Below, in pieces: positions 56,114 through 64,000 of a DNA stretch of 64,000 nt. The first letter of the stretch is position 1. The number at the start of each line of letters is the position of its first letter. This stretch comes from a virus. A program made the position numbers and the translations under genes. The DNA lies in IMG/VR virus record IMGVR_UViG_3300020477_000014, positions 96,001-160,000 of that record. One strand, written 5' to 3'. The notes beneath the pieces are model-generated. The model ran no database searches, had not been told where the DNA came from, and worked only from the letters and a program-made list of their open reading frames with translations.

Positions 56114-56851
56114 TTGGAAAGTAATTATACAAAGACCATCCCACTCTATGGTGATGGCATTGGCAAAGTGGAATATGTGGACCACATGGGAACAGATCTT
56201 ACAGTTGTCAATAGCGCTCGCGTTAGTTTTGGAAAGCACAAGAAGGATTTAGATGGTCGAGACACAAAACTCATCAAATACCTGATTAACCACCGCCACA
56301 CGTCAACACTGGAACATTGTAGTGTGACGTTTAGATTTAAAGTGCCGATGTTTGTGCGGAGCCAACACCATCGCCATCGCACGTGGTCTTATAATGAGAT
56401 ATCGAGACGCTATACGGATTTTAATATTGAGTTTTATGAGCCCAAACAATTTAGAACCCAACACACATCCAATCGACAAGCCAGCAATCCGGACGATGTT
56501 GTTAATCCCCTCCTGGAACGCTATGATCCCGCATGTAGCCATCCCATGCGTATTTTAGCATCGCGGATCATCCAAGAACACAATAACGAATCGCTTAAGT
56601 TATTTGATGATCTCATGAGCGCCGGCGTTTGCCGAGAGCAGGCTCGCGGTGTCCTTCCTCAGAGCATGTATACTGAATATTATGGCACCGTCAATCTTAA
56701 TAATCTCCTAAAGTTTGTTGACCTTCGAATACATGCCGGCGCACAATGGGAGATTCAAGAAGCTGCCAAAGCATGCTTAGAGATAGCGACAGATCTTTGG
56801 CCAGTTACGGTAAACGCTTACCGAGATCTTCGGATCGATCGAGCCAAATGA
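56114..56851 (+). CDS. thyX: Flavin-dependent thymidylate synthase
   Basis: TTG start after GAGGTG. NSARVSF, HTSTLEH, RHRTWSYNEISRRY, EQARGVLP and AQWEI. Confidence 0.95.
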   Translation: MESNYTKTIPLYGDGIGKVEYVDHMGTDLTVVNSARVSFGKHKKDLDGRDTKLIKYLINHRHTSTLEHCSVTFRFKVPMFVRSQHHRHRTWSYNEISRRYTDFNIEFYEPKQFRTQHTSNRQASNPDDVVNPLLERYDPACSHPMRILASRIIQEHNNESLKLFDDLMSAGVCREQARGVLPQSMYTEYYGTVNLNNLLKFVDLRIHAGAQWEIQEAAKACLEIATDLWPVTVNAYRDLRIDRAK

Positions 56852-57756
56852 TAGCGCACGATAAGGTTGTGGTAGGTAGCTCCTTGTCGGCGGCGATGTT
56901 TGCGTTTAATAACCAATATCCGTTATTGTTTTCTCGTCCGGAATATTCTTTTCGCTTTGATTACTTCCCACCAGGTATGGATTTGTCTTTTATTGGGATT
57001 GAACCCATGGACAAAGAACTTAAGACGTTTGGGGAACCCAAGCTAGTGGGAACACCCCGTCGCGTTTTGTGGGAGACTATCATTTTTGCTTTGTCGGTGG
57101 ACGGGCTCTGTCCTCTTAGTGATTTATGTTATTCGATGCGGAACGTAGATGGTCGTATTACTTGTTCTAGCGAATATTTTAGAATAGGAGAGTTTCAAGT
57201 TAGCGAATGCGTATATTTTGGCGACGACAATGCTCAGGGCTTTGTAACCGAACGAGAGCCCGCCATCAAAAAGTATATCTGTTATGACTGGATAGCCATC
57301 AACAAAGGTGGCAAGATATCTCAGGATTATTTTAAGACCTCAGACGACTTCGTTAACGAAGTGTGGCTATATTCATCCGATCGTATCGATGGTGATACTG
57401 GCGTTAAAGATGCGTGTGTGATTTCATACCTAACACAGCAACAGCTAAAAGATTTCGACTATTCAGAAACGATGGCGCGCTTTAAAATGTTAGATGAAAT
57501 GGAGAAACGAGGACTTAAAGGACCGCAGAACGGTCTTACCACCGCCGGCAACCCTAAGCACTATAAGATCCGCGCCACGCATATGCGGAGAGAAAAGAAG
57601 AAGAATTACGAGAGAGATTGGACTCCCCATGTGTGTGTGGTGATTCCCGACGTTAATGAAGAAGATTTGCTCCTGGAATTTAAAGAGAAGAGTCAATCTA
57701 ATGATACATTTTTGAGGTTTTATAGTGCATTTAGCGGGAATAATACCGGTCGCTAA
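56848..57756 (+). CDS. Hypothetical protein with a degenerate Rossmann/FAD-like N-terminus
   Basis: Start 56848 overlaps the thyX stop. KVVVGSSLSAAMFA resembles a GxGxxG helix. Confidence 0.5.
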   Translation: MIAHDKVVVGSSLSAAMFAFNNQYPLLFSRPEYSFRFDYFPPGMDLSFIGIEPMDKELKTFGEPKLVGTPRRVLWETIIFALSVDGLCPLSDLCYSMRNVDGRITCSSEYFRIGEFQVSECVYFGDDNAQGFVTEREPAIKKYICYDWIAINKGGKISQDYFKTSDDFVNEVWLYSSDRIDGDTGVKDACVISYLTQQQLKDFDYSETMARFKMLDEMEKRGLKGPQNGLTTAGNPKHYKIRATHMRREKKKNYERDWTPHVCVVIPDVNEEDLLLEFKEKSQSNDTFLRFYSAFSGNNTGR

Positions 57757-58627
57757 TTTAAAGACCGATTTGCAGACAGTTTTCCCCGAGGTCCTATTGC
57801 CTCTGGCGCCAGATTTTACTGCTATTCAGAAGTCAGTATATGAATGTGCTTTGGTCGGCTGCCAAACGATCTGGGTTGTAGCCAATAATGATCTGGCTCC
57901 AATCGTGCGCAAGAGCGTCGGTGAGTGGGTTTATGATCCGGTGTATTATAATCGCACAATGACGCAGTTTTATAGGGAAGTAAGGAAAGAGATACCTATT
58001 TACTATGTCCCTATCCACCCCAAGGATCGGGATAGGCGAGATTGTTATGCATGGTCCATTCTTTATGGCGCTTATAGCGCGTGGTCGGTAGCCTATAAAA
58101 TTTCTAAATGGGTGAGACCTGAAAAATATTATGTTTCTTTTCCGTTATCTGCTTATAAGCTTGACTTCTTGCGAAGAGAAAGACTATCTATAGCTAATAA
58201 AGAAAAGAACTTTTTTCTTTCTTATGAAGATAAGACCATTAAAGACAATTTGCCTTTAGCATTTACATTTACAGGAGATGATTTTATAAAATGCCGCCGA
58301 GATCTAAACAAAAAGACAACAAGGGAATTTTTACCCCCTTCACCCGACCAACGGTACCCGTCACAAAAGAGGCCTCTAGCCGACAGGTGGAGCGCGAGAA
58401 CGTTCGACCTCTCCACGGTTTTTGAGCAGCTAACACTTTCCGACAGCAATATTGTTCCTATAGAAAAGTTCTACGATCTTTCTGAGTGGGGACAGTATTG
58501 TGCTTTTTTATGTCAAGAAAGTGACAAATTAATAAAAAAACCATATAAAGACTTGATCAAACCAAGATTTCATGTTAAATTACCATATACATCATCAGGA
58601 GGGAAAGATGAAGAAATCGAAGATTAA
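57725..58627 (+). CDS. Divergent sugar-nucleotidyltransferase-like protein
   Basis: GIIPVA...PEVLLPL...AIQKSV...GCQTIWVV resembles the NTP_transferase N-terminus but lacks the GxGTR motif. Confidence 0.5.
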   Translation: MHLAGIIPVANLKTDLQTVFPEVLLPLAPDFTAIQKSVYECALVGCQTIWVVANNDLAPIVRKSVGEWVYDPVYYNRTMTQFYREVRKEIPIYYVPIHPKDRDRRDCYAWSILYGAYSAWSVAYKISKWVRPEKYYVSFPLSAYKLDFLRRERLSIANKEKNFFLSYEDKTIKDNLPLAFTFTGDDFIKCRRDLNKKTTREFLPPSPDQRYPSQKRPLADRWSARTFDLSTVFEQLTLSDSNIVPIEKFYDLSEWGQYCAFLCQESDKLIKKPYKDLIKPRFHVKLPYTSSGGKDEEIED

Positions 58628-61600
58628 ATTTGTGGGGCTCCACGCACATTCAGTGGCAGGGTCGATTTTTGACGCCATCGGGTATCCACAGCAACATATG
58701 GATTTTGCATATCAGAACGGATGCGAAGCGCTAGCTTTGACAGATCATGGAAACATGAATGGCTTAGCTTATCAAGTGCTTCATGCCAAAAAGATGCAAG
58801 AGGCTGGACAAAACTTTAAACCAATATTTGGATGTGAAGCATATTTTATCCCGTCTCTTGAGGAATGGCGAGAGGAATACGCAAAAGCCAAAGAAGATAA
58901 GAAGCGCGCCCGGTCCTTATCTAAAGACAAGGCGTCCGGCGCCACCATGGAAGACGAAGGCGCCAGCAAAGCAACGCAAGACATTCTCCGTCGTCGTCGC
59001 CATTTGGTGTTATTGGTTCAGAACCAAAAGGGGTTGACCAATTTATTCAAGCTAGTGTCCGAGAGCTACAAACCAGAGAATTACTATCGCTATCCACGAA
59101 TGGACTATGCGCTCTTGGAAAAGTATAACGAGGGACTCATCGCAGCTAGCGCATGCTTGGGTGGAGTGTATGCGGGGAACTATTGGGAGAACCGAGAGAA
59201 CGCAGCCGATGTGCTAGCAGCTATGGATGAAACATCTCAGAAGATGAAAAGTATCTTTGGGGATCGTTGGTATGCAGAAATCCAATGGAACAACGTACCG
59301 GAACAGCACGAACTAAATCAATATGTGATTGAGACTGCAAAACGCAATGACATCAAGCTCATCTCAACAGCCGATAGCCACTATCCTAACCCGGACGCAT
59401 GGAAAGACCGAGAGCTTTACAAGAGACTTGGTTGGCTCGGCAAAGGAAAGCCATCGTGGGCAGACGAAGAGAGCGAATTGCCCGATGGTGTTGATGAGAT
59501 TGGCTATGAACTGTATCCGAAGAACGGCGACCAGATGTGGGATTCGTATCTTAAATACTCAGAAGAGTCAGACCACGAGTATGATGATGACGTGGTGCTG
59601 GAGAGCATTGAAGAAACCTATCGAATTGCTTTCGATCGTATCGAGAGTTTTCTTCCAGATAACACAGTCAGGCTTCCAAACTTTGTGGTACCAGCCGGCT
59701 ACACCGCAACGCAGGCGTTGGTTCAATTCGCCCTGGAAGGACTTAAAGATAGAAACCTACAGAAGAACCAGGAGTACATAGATCGATTACGACATGAGCT
59801 AAACGTTATCGATGACCGAGGGTTCTCCAAGTATTTCCTCACCATGAAGGCGATCGCTGACGTGGCTACCGATAAGATGTTGGCTGGTCCAGGTCGCGGG
59901 TCTGCGGCAGGGTCGTTGGTGGCTTATGTCCTAGGAATTACACAGGTTGATCCCATCAAGCATGGTCTGTTGTTTTCTCGCTTCTTACGATCAGATGCCA
60001 CGGACTACCCGGACATCGACTATGATGTTTCTGACTCCATGGATCTTAAAGAATCATTGGTGGAAATGTGGGGCAAGGATTGTGTCGCGCCCATATCTAA
60101 TTGGAACACGCTTCAATTGAAATCTCTGATTAAGGACATTTCAAAGCTGTACGGCGTTCCTTTCACAGAGGCCAACACGGTCACTAACATTATGATCCGC
60201 GAAGCGCTTCCAGAAGCCAAACGCCGCCATGGCATCAAGGCTGGTGTGTATACTCCGACGTGGGAAGAGGTGATGGAATTCTCGCCCACACTTCAAAAGT
60301 ATCTCGACAAACATCCCCACATCAAGACGCACGTTGAGGGGCTGGTTGGTCAGGTTCGATCGTGCTCTCGGCATGCCGGCGGCGTTGTCATCGCAGAGAA
60401 CCTTGATGAGAGCATGCCTCTTATTAACTCCGGCGGGGTGCGACAAGCTCCATGGTCAGAGGGACAGAACGTCCGCCACCTAGAGCCCATGGGCTTCATC
60501 AAGTTTGACTTGTTGGGTCTTTCCACATTAAAGATGATGGAGGGCTGCATCGAACATGTCTTGCGTCGTCATCACGGAATCGAGAATCCAACGTTTGCCG
60601 AAGTTCGGAAGTATTACGACGAAAACCTTCATCCCGACATCATGAACATGAACGATCAAGAGGTGTATGAGAACATATTCCACAGCGGCAAATGGGCTGG
60701 CGTCTTCCAATTCACAGAGGACGGAGCACAGAAGTTTTGCACGAGAGTAAAACCTAAGAACATCATCGACCTTTCAGCCATCACATCAATTTATCGCCCG
60801 GGACCGTTGGCGGCAGATGTACATGAAGAATATGTAGAAGCCAAAGAGCATCCACATAGAGTCTCTTATCTGTCTGATGAAGTGTGCGAACTCACACAAG
60901 AGACGTTCGGCTTTCTGATCTTCCAAGAGCAGATTGCTCTGCTGGCTCACCGGCTCGGAGGCTTAACTTTGGATGAGGGAAACCTGTTACGCAAAGTACT
61001 CACCAAGAAAGGAACAGGCAAAGACAACATCAAAGAGAAGCTTCGGCAGAAGTTTATCAAAGGTTGTGCTAGCAAGAAGATCACCAAAACAGACGCACAG
61101 AATTTGTGGGATAAGTTTGAATACTTCTCTGGCTATGGGTTTAACAAATCCCATGCTGTTTCGTATTCTATCATCTCGTTCCAATGTGCGTGGTTATGGA
61201 ACTACTACCCAGTAGAATGGATGGCAGCGTTCTTGGACAAGGAGCCCGAGAGCAGAAAAGAGAAAGCCATTAACATCGCCAAAAAGTATGGCTTCAAAAT
61301 CGCACCGCTAGACATTAACAAGTCAGGTGTTGTTTGGGAAATTAGCGATGATGGCAAGACTTTGATCCAACCTCTTACTTCCATTAAAGGGTTCGGTCAT
61401 GCAGCTATCGAGCAAGTCTTGAATCATCGCCCCTTTATGAACGCGGAAGATCTTTTGTTTCGCGAAGAAGTGGTATACGGAAAGTTAAATAAGAAATGTT
61501 TAGATGCGTTGTGTCGTGCTGGTGCCTTGGACCTTCTTATGGACGATCGATTTACTGGCCGTAAGCATTTTTGGTCTGCATGTGTGGTTGAGCGTCCTAA

Positions 61601-62030
61601 AAATTTAAAGAAACTTACGGAAAATATAGAACTATACCGACCGGAAGGAGATTTTACCGAAGAAGAGATTATCCAATTTAAAACTGACTTAACGGGGGTT
61701 TTTCCAATAAACTTGGTTATCAGCCCGGAGACAGTTCAGCGTCTTCAAGAAAAGTATATCCCTCCTATTTCTGAGTTCGATCCAGATTTACAGGTATGCT
61801 GGTTTATTCCGCGCAAGATTGTTCCAAGAAAAACAAAAAATGGAAAGCTTTATTGGATTGTTGAGACTATTGACACCAACAATGAACTAACTAAGATTAG
61901 GTGCTGGGGCGTTAAGCCGGAGAAGGATAAGATCTTTTTGAACCGACCTTATATGGCTCGTTTGAAGTATGATCAAAATTGGGGATTTTCTACATATGCA
62001 ATTGGCAAGACATTTAAATTGCTGGGGTGA
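58608..62030 (+). CDS. dnaE: DNA polymerase III alpha subunit (family C)
   Basis: PHP motifs HAHS, LTDHG and TADSHY. GPGRGSAAGSLV, PDIDYD, SRHAGGVV, KFDLLGL and FNKSHA. Confidence 0.96.
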   Translation: MKKSKIKFVGLHAHSVAGSIFDAIGYPQQHMDFAYQNGCEALALTDHGNMNGLAYQVLHAKKMQEAGQNFKPIFGCEAYFIPSLEEWREEYAKAKEDKKRARSLSKDKASGATMEDEGASKATQDILRRRRHLVLLVQNQKGLTNLFKLVSESYKPENYYRYPRMDYALLEKYNEGLIAASACLGGVYAGNYWENRENAADVLAAMDETSQKMKSIFGDRWYAEIQWNNVPEQHELNQYVIETAKRNDIKLISTADSHYPNPDAWKDRELYKRLGWLGKGKPSWADEESELPDGVDEIGYELYPKNGDQMWDSYLKYSEESDHEYDDDVVLESIEETYRIAFDRIESFLPDNTVRLPNFVVPAGYTATQALVQFALEGLKDRNLQKNQEYIDRLRHELNVIDDRGFSKYFLTMKAIADVATDKMLAGPGRGSAAGSLVAYVLGITQVDPIKHGLLFSRFLRSDATDYPDIDYDVSDSMDLKESLVEMWGKDCVAPISNWNTLQLKSLIKDISKLYGVPFTEANTVTNIMIREALPEAKRRHGIKAGVYTPTWEEVMEFSPTLQKYLDKHPHIKTHVEGLVGQVRSCSRHAGGVVIAENLDESMPLINSGGVRQAPWSEGQNVRHLEPMGFIKFDLLGLSTLKMMEGCIEHVLRRHHGIENPTFAEVRKYYDENLHPDIMNMNDQEVYENIFHSGKWAGVFQFTEDGAQKFCTRVKPKNIIDLSAITSIYRPGPLAADVHEEYVEAKEHPHRVSYLSDEVCELTQETFGFLIFQEQIALLAHRLGGLTLDEGNLLRKVLTKKGTGKDNIKEKLRQKFIKGCASKKITKTDAQNLWDKFEYFSGYGFNKSHAVSYSIISFQCAWLWNYYPVEWMAAFLDKEPESRKEKAINIAKKYGFKIAPLDINKSGVVWEISDDGKTLIQPLTSIKGFGHAAIEQVLNHRPFMNAEDLLFREEVVYGKLNKKCLDALCRAGALDLLMDDRFTGRKHFWSACVVERPKNLKKLTENIELYRPEGDFTEEEIIQFKTDLTGVFPINLVISPETVQRLQEKYIPPISEFDPDLQVCWFIPRKIVPRKTKNGKLYWIVETIDTNNELTKIRCWGVKPEKDKIFLNRPYMARLKYDQNWGFSTYAIGKTFKLLG

Positions 62031-62036
62031 TGGTGT

Positions 62037-62759
62037 GTGAGTGTTTCTAATAAATTGAAATGGATGCGCTTATTAGATGAATATCGACATGTTCACACCC
62101 AGCTACACTATACTAAGGAAATGTGTAAAGAGGCGGCTCCCCTCTTCCAGAGTCATTATGAAGAGTTTTGCCGTCGCCACGGAATTGATCTTAATAAACT
62201 TAACGAACAAAACCGTCGACGAATTCAGGAAGTTTATGGACTTAAGACAGGCGAAAGCGAACCAACTCCGACAGTCAAAAAAATCGATTTCGTCCTTCCT
62301 CCGTCTCCGGGCGCTTTAGTAGTTTTTAGTGGTGACCGAACTCAAGACTCGCCGGCGTCTTCTGCGGAGTTTTCGAAAGAAGAAAAGCACATTCATGATA
62401 TTTTCTCGCGACTCTTTAAAAAGATCGCGTCTCACATTCACCCCGATAAGTTCCCGTCCGATATGGCAAAAAATGAACAAAAACGCTTGATAAATTTATT
62501 TCATCAAGTTAAATTAGCATTAGAAGAAAGGAGGTATTTTGTGTTAATAGATGCCGCAGAGGAAATGAAGATCTCTCTTCCTAAAAACTATGCTCAGCAA
62601 AACAAGTGGTTAAAAGAGCAAATTAGGATTACACGCACCGAACAACAAGAGGAACAAAGAACGTATAATTATTTATTTTCGGAAGCAGAGACAGACAAAG
62701 AAAAAGACAACATTATAAGATCATTCATGTATCAACTGTTTAATTTGGTTATACCATAG
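62037..62759 (+). CDS. J-domain-containing protein
   Basis: LFKKIASHIHPDKF (HPD motif) within helical segments. Confidence 0.65.
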   Translation: MSVSNKLKWMRLLDEYRHVHTQLHYTKEMCKEAAPLFQSHYEEFCRRHGIDLNKLNEQNRRRIQEVYGLKTGESEPTPTVKKIDFVLPPSPGALVVFSGDRTQDSPASSAEFSKEEKHIHDIFSRLFKKIASHIHPDKFPSDMAKNEQKRLINLFHQVKLALEERRYFVLIDAAEEMKISLPKNYAQQNKWLKEQIRITRTEQQEEQRTYNYLFSEAETDKEKDNIIRSFMYQLFNLVIP

Positions 62760-62768
62760 GAGGTAATT

Positions 62769-63752
62769 GTGATTACGGATATCGTTATAGGTCTTCAACA
62801 TGGAGACGAAGGAAAAGGAAAAGTAACTCATCATCTTTTAAAAAAGGGAGAATATACTCATTGTATTAGGTTCAATGGAAGCTGTAATGCAGGTCACACG
62901 ATCTACCATGAAGGTAAAAGATTTGTCACTCATCATATTCCCGCGGGGGTTTTCTTTGGAGTAAAGTCTATTGTTGGTCCTGGTTGTGTTTTGAATATAG
63001 ATAAGTTTTTTGAAGAGCTTCAGTATTTAAAATCTGAAGGCATCGATACAGAAAATCTAGTGAAGGTAGCCAGCAATACTCACATAATTAGACAGTCGCA
63101 TATTGACGAGGATAGTCGGGAATATAAAATAGGCACCACTAAGTCGGGCAACGGACCTGCTTATCGCGATAAATATGGGCGCCATGGCTTGCGCGCAGAA
63201 AGTGTTGAGGCTCTAAGTCCGTTTATAATTGATATAATAGAAGAGTTGTATTCGCATGACGATCCTGTGATACTGATGGAGGGCGCCCAAGGCTTTTCTT
63301 TGGATATTGATTGGGGCGATTATCCATTTGTTACTTCAAGCCACACGGGAACAGCGGGTGCCATTCTTAATGGAATCGATCCGAGATCAATAAGGGACGT
63401 TTGGGGGGTAGCCAAGGTATATGAAACCTATGTAGGCAACAGAGTGTTTCAGCCTGATAGTCCCTTGTTCAATGATATTCAACGCGTGGGTAAAGAAGTT
63501 GGCGCCACCACCGGGCGCCCGAGACAATGCAACTGGCTGGACTGTGGGCAATTGCAGACTGCCATTAAAATAAATGGCGTCAATAACTTAGTTATTAATA
63601 AAATGGACATATTGCGTGAGATAGGCGTGTGGGGAGTTAGAAACCCTTATTTAGTCTTAGGATCGGAAGAAGAAATGATGAAAATGATTCATAGTTGTTG
63701 TCCTCCGAGCGTCACGAGTATTTTTTATTCAGATTCTCCAGAATTTATTTGA
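62769..63752 (+). CDS. purA: Adenylosuccinate synthetase, short form
   Basis: GLQHGDEGKGK, NAGHT, IGTTKSGNGPAY, EGAQG, YPFVTSS and GATTGRPR. Confidence 0.92.
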   Translation: MITDIVIGLQHGDEGKGKVTHHLLKKGEYTHCIRFNGSCNAGHTIYHEGKRFVTHHIPAGVFFGVKSIVGPGCVLNIDKFFEELQYLKSEGIDTENLVKVASNTHIIRQSHIDEDSREYKIGTTKSGNGPAYRDKYGRHGLRAESVEALSPFIIDIIEELYSHDDPVILMEGAQGFSLDIDWGDYPFVTSSHTGTAGAILNGIDPRSIRDVWGVAKVYETYVGNRVFQPDSPLFNDIQRVGKEVGATTGRPRQCNWLDCGQLQTAIKINGVNNLVINKMDILREIGVWGVRNPYLVLGSEEEMMKMIHSCCPPSVTSIFYSDSPEFI

Positions 63753-63777
63753 CAACCTTAGATTTTTATGTTATATT
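63749..63777 (+). promoter_or_regulatory. Sigma70-type promoter with extended -10
   Basis: TTGACA-N17-TATATT, TG at 63769-70. Confidence 0.85.
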
Positions 63778-63802
63778 ATATATGAACCAACAGGAGGGTT
63801 TA

Positions 63803-64000
63803 ATGGCCAAGAGCTACCAAGAAAAAAAGAAATTTGTGAAAGAATATATTCGTTCACTGAACGCCATCGAAGAAGCGATGGAACCATTTAAAGAACAAAA
63901 ACGAGACTTACGTGCGGAATTCCGAGAGAACGGCTGGCTGAGCACAGATGAACTTCGCTCAGCAGTCAAAGCGTATCGTCTCTATAAGGGCAAACATGAT
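63803..64000 (+). CDS. Partial small DNA-binding-like protein (DsbA/GapR-like?), truncated by the window end
   Basis: AGGAGGG SD. MAKSYQEKKKFVKEYIRSLNAIEEAMEPFKEQKRDLRAEF... helical pattern. Confidence 0.5.
   Translation, partial: MAKSYQEKKKFVKEYIRSLNAIEEAMEPFKEQKRDLRAEFRENGWLSTDELRSAVKAYRLYKGKHD

Noticed and set aside
4043-62030. Inteins or introns in terminase, helicase, NrdJ, RecA or DnaE
   Set aside because: The ORFs are continuous and of ordinary length, and I saw no intein splice motifs or homing endonuclease.
418-62319. The many 60-180 aa minus-strand and alternate-frame ORFs in the track
   Set aside because: They are shadows of well-supported + strand genes, with no motifs or translation signals.
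62769-63752. Possible PurZ / diaminopurine (Z) genome
   Set aside because: The active-site motif is GDEGKG (PurA type), and I saw no DatZ or MazZ genes in the window.
1-64000. Stop-codon reassignment (alternative genetic code)
   Set aside because: Conserved genes are full length in code 11, and TAA, TGA and TAG all occur as real stops.

Overview
A 64-kb internal segment of a large T4-like contractile-tailed (myovirus or jumbo-type) dsDNA bacteriophage. All credible genes are on the + strand, densely packed, in the standard bacterial code. About 1-42.4 kb is virion morphogenesis: putative internal head proteins, a membrane or lysis-like cluster, terminase, portal, prohead protease, phage ribosomal protein bS21, paralogous fibre or decoration-like proteins including a 1617-aa LamG protein, scaffold, major capsid, neck, sheath, tube, tail chaperone, tape measure and baseplate genes. 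About 42.4-64 kb is replication and nucleotide metabolism: PolA-type polymerase domain, degenerate tubulin/FtsZ, SSB, a DUF262 + adenine MTase + putative endonuclease cluster, RecA, 5'-3' exonuclease, DnaB, NrdJ, GroES, amidase endolysin, ThyX, DnaE, a J-domain protein and PurA. Main signals the ORF track misses: (1) a start-less 81-codon ORF reachable only by a +1/-2 frameshift at GAC-TTT-TTT-TGG in the tail chaperone gene just before the tape measure gene; (2) two promoter classes that split by module, sigma70 TTGACA-N16/17-TGn-TATAHT in the replication arm and an ACTA(T/C/A)TTA octamer before structural genes; (3) a ~120-aa domain found twice as a stand-alone gene and once split by a ~1500-aa insertion. 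I saw no tRNA, rRNA, CRISPR array, integrase or transposase. All functional calls come from motif recognition by eye; no database search was run.
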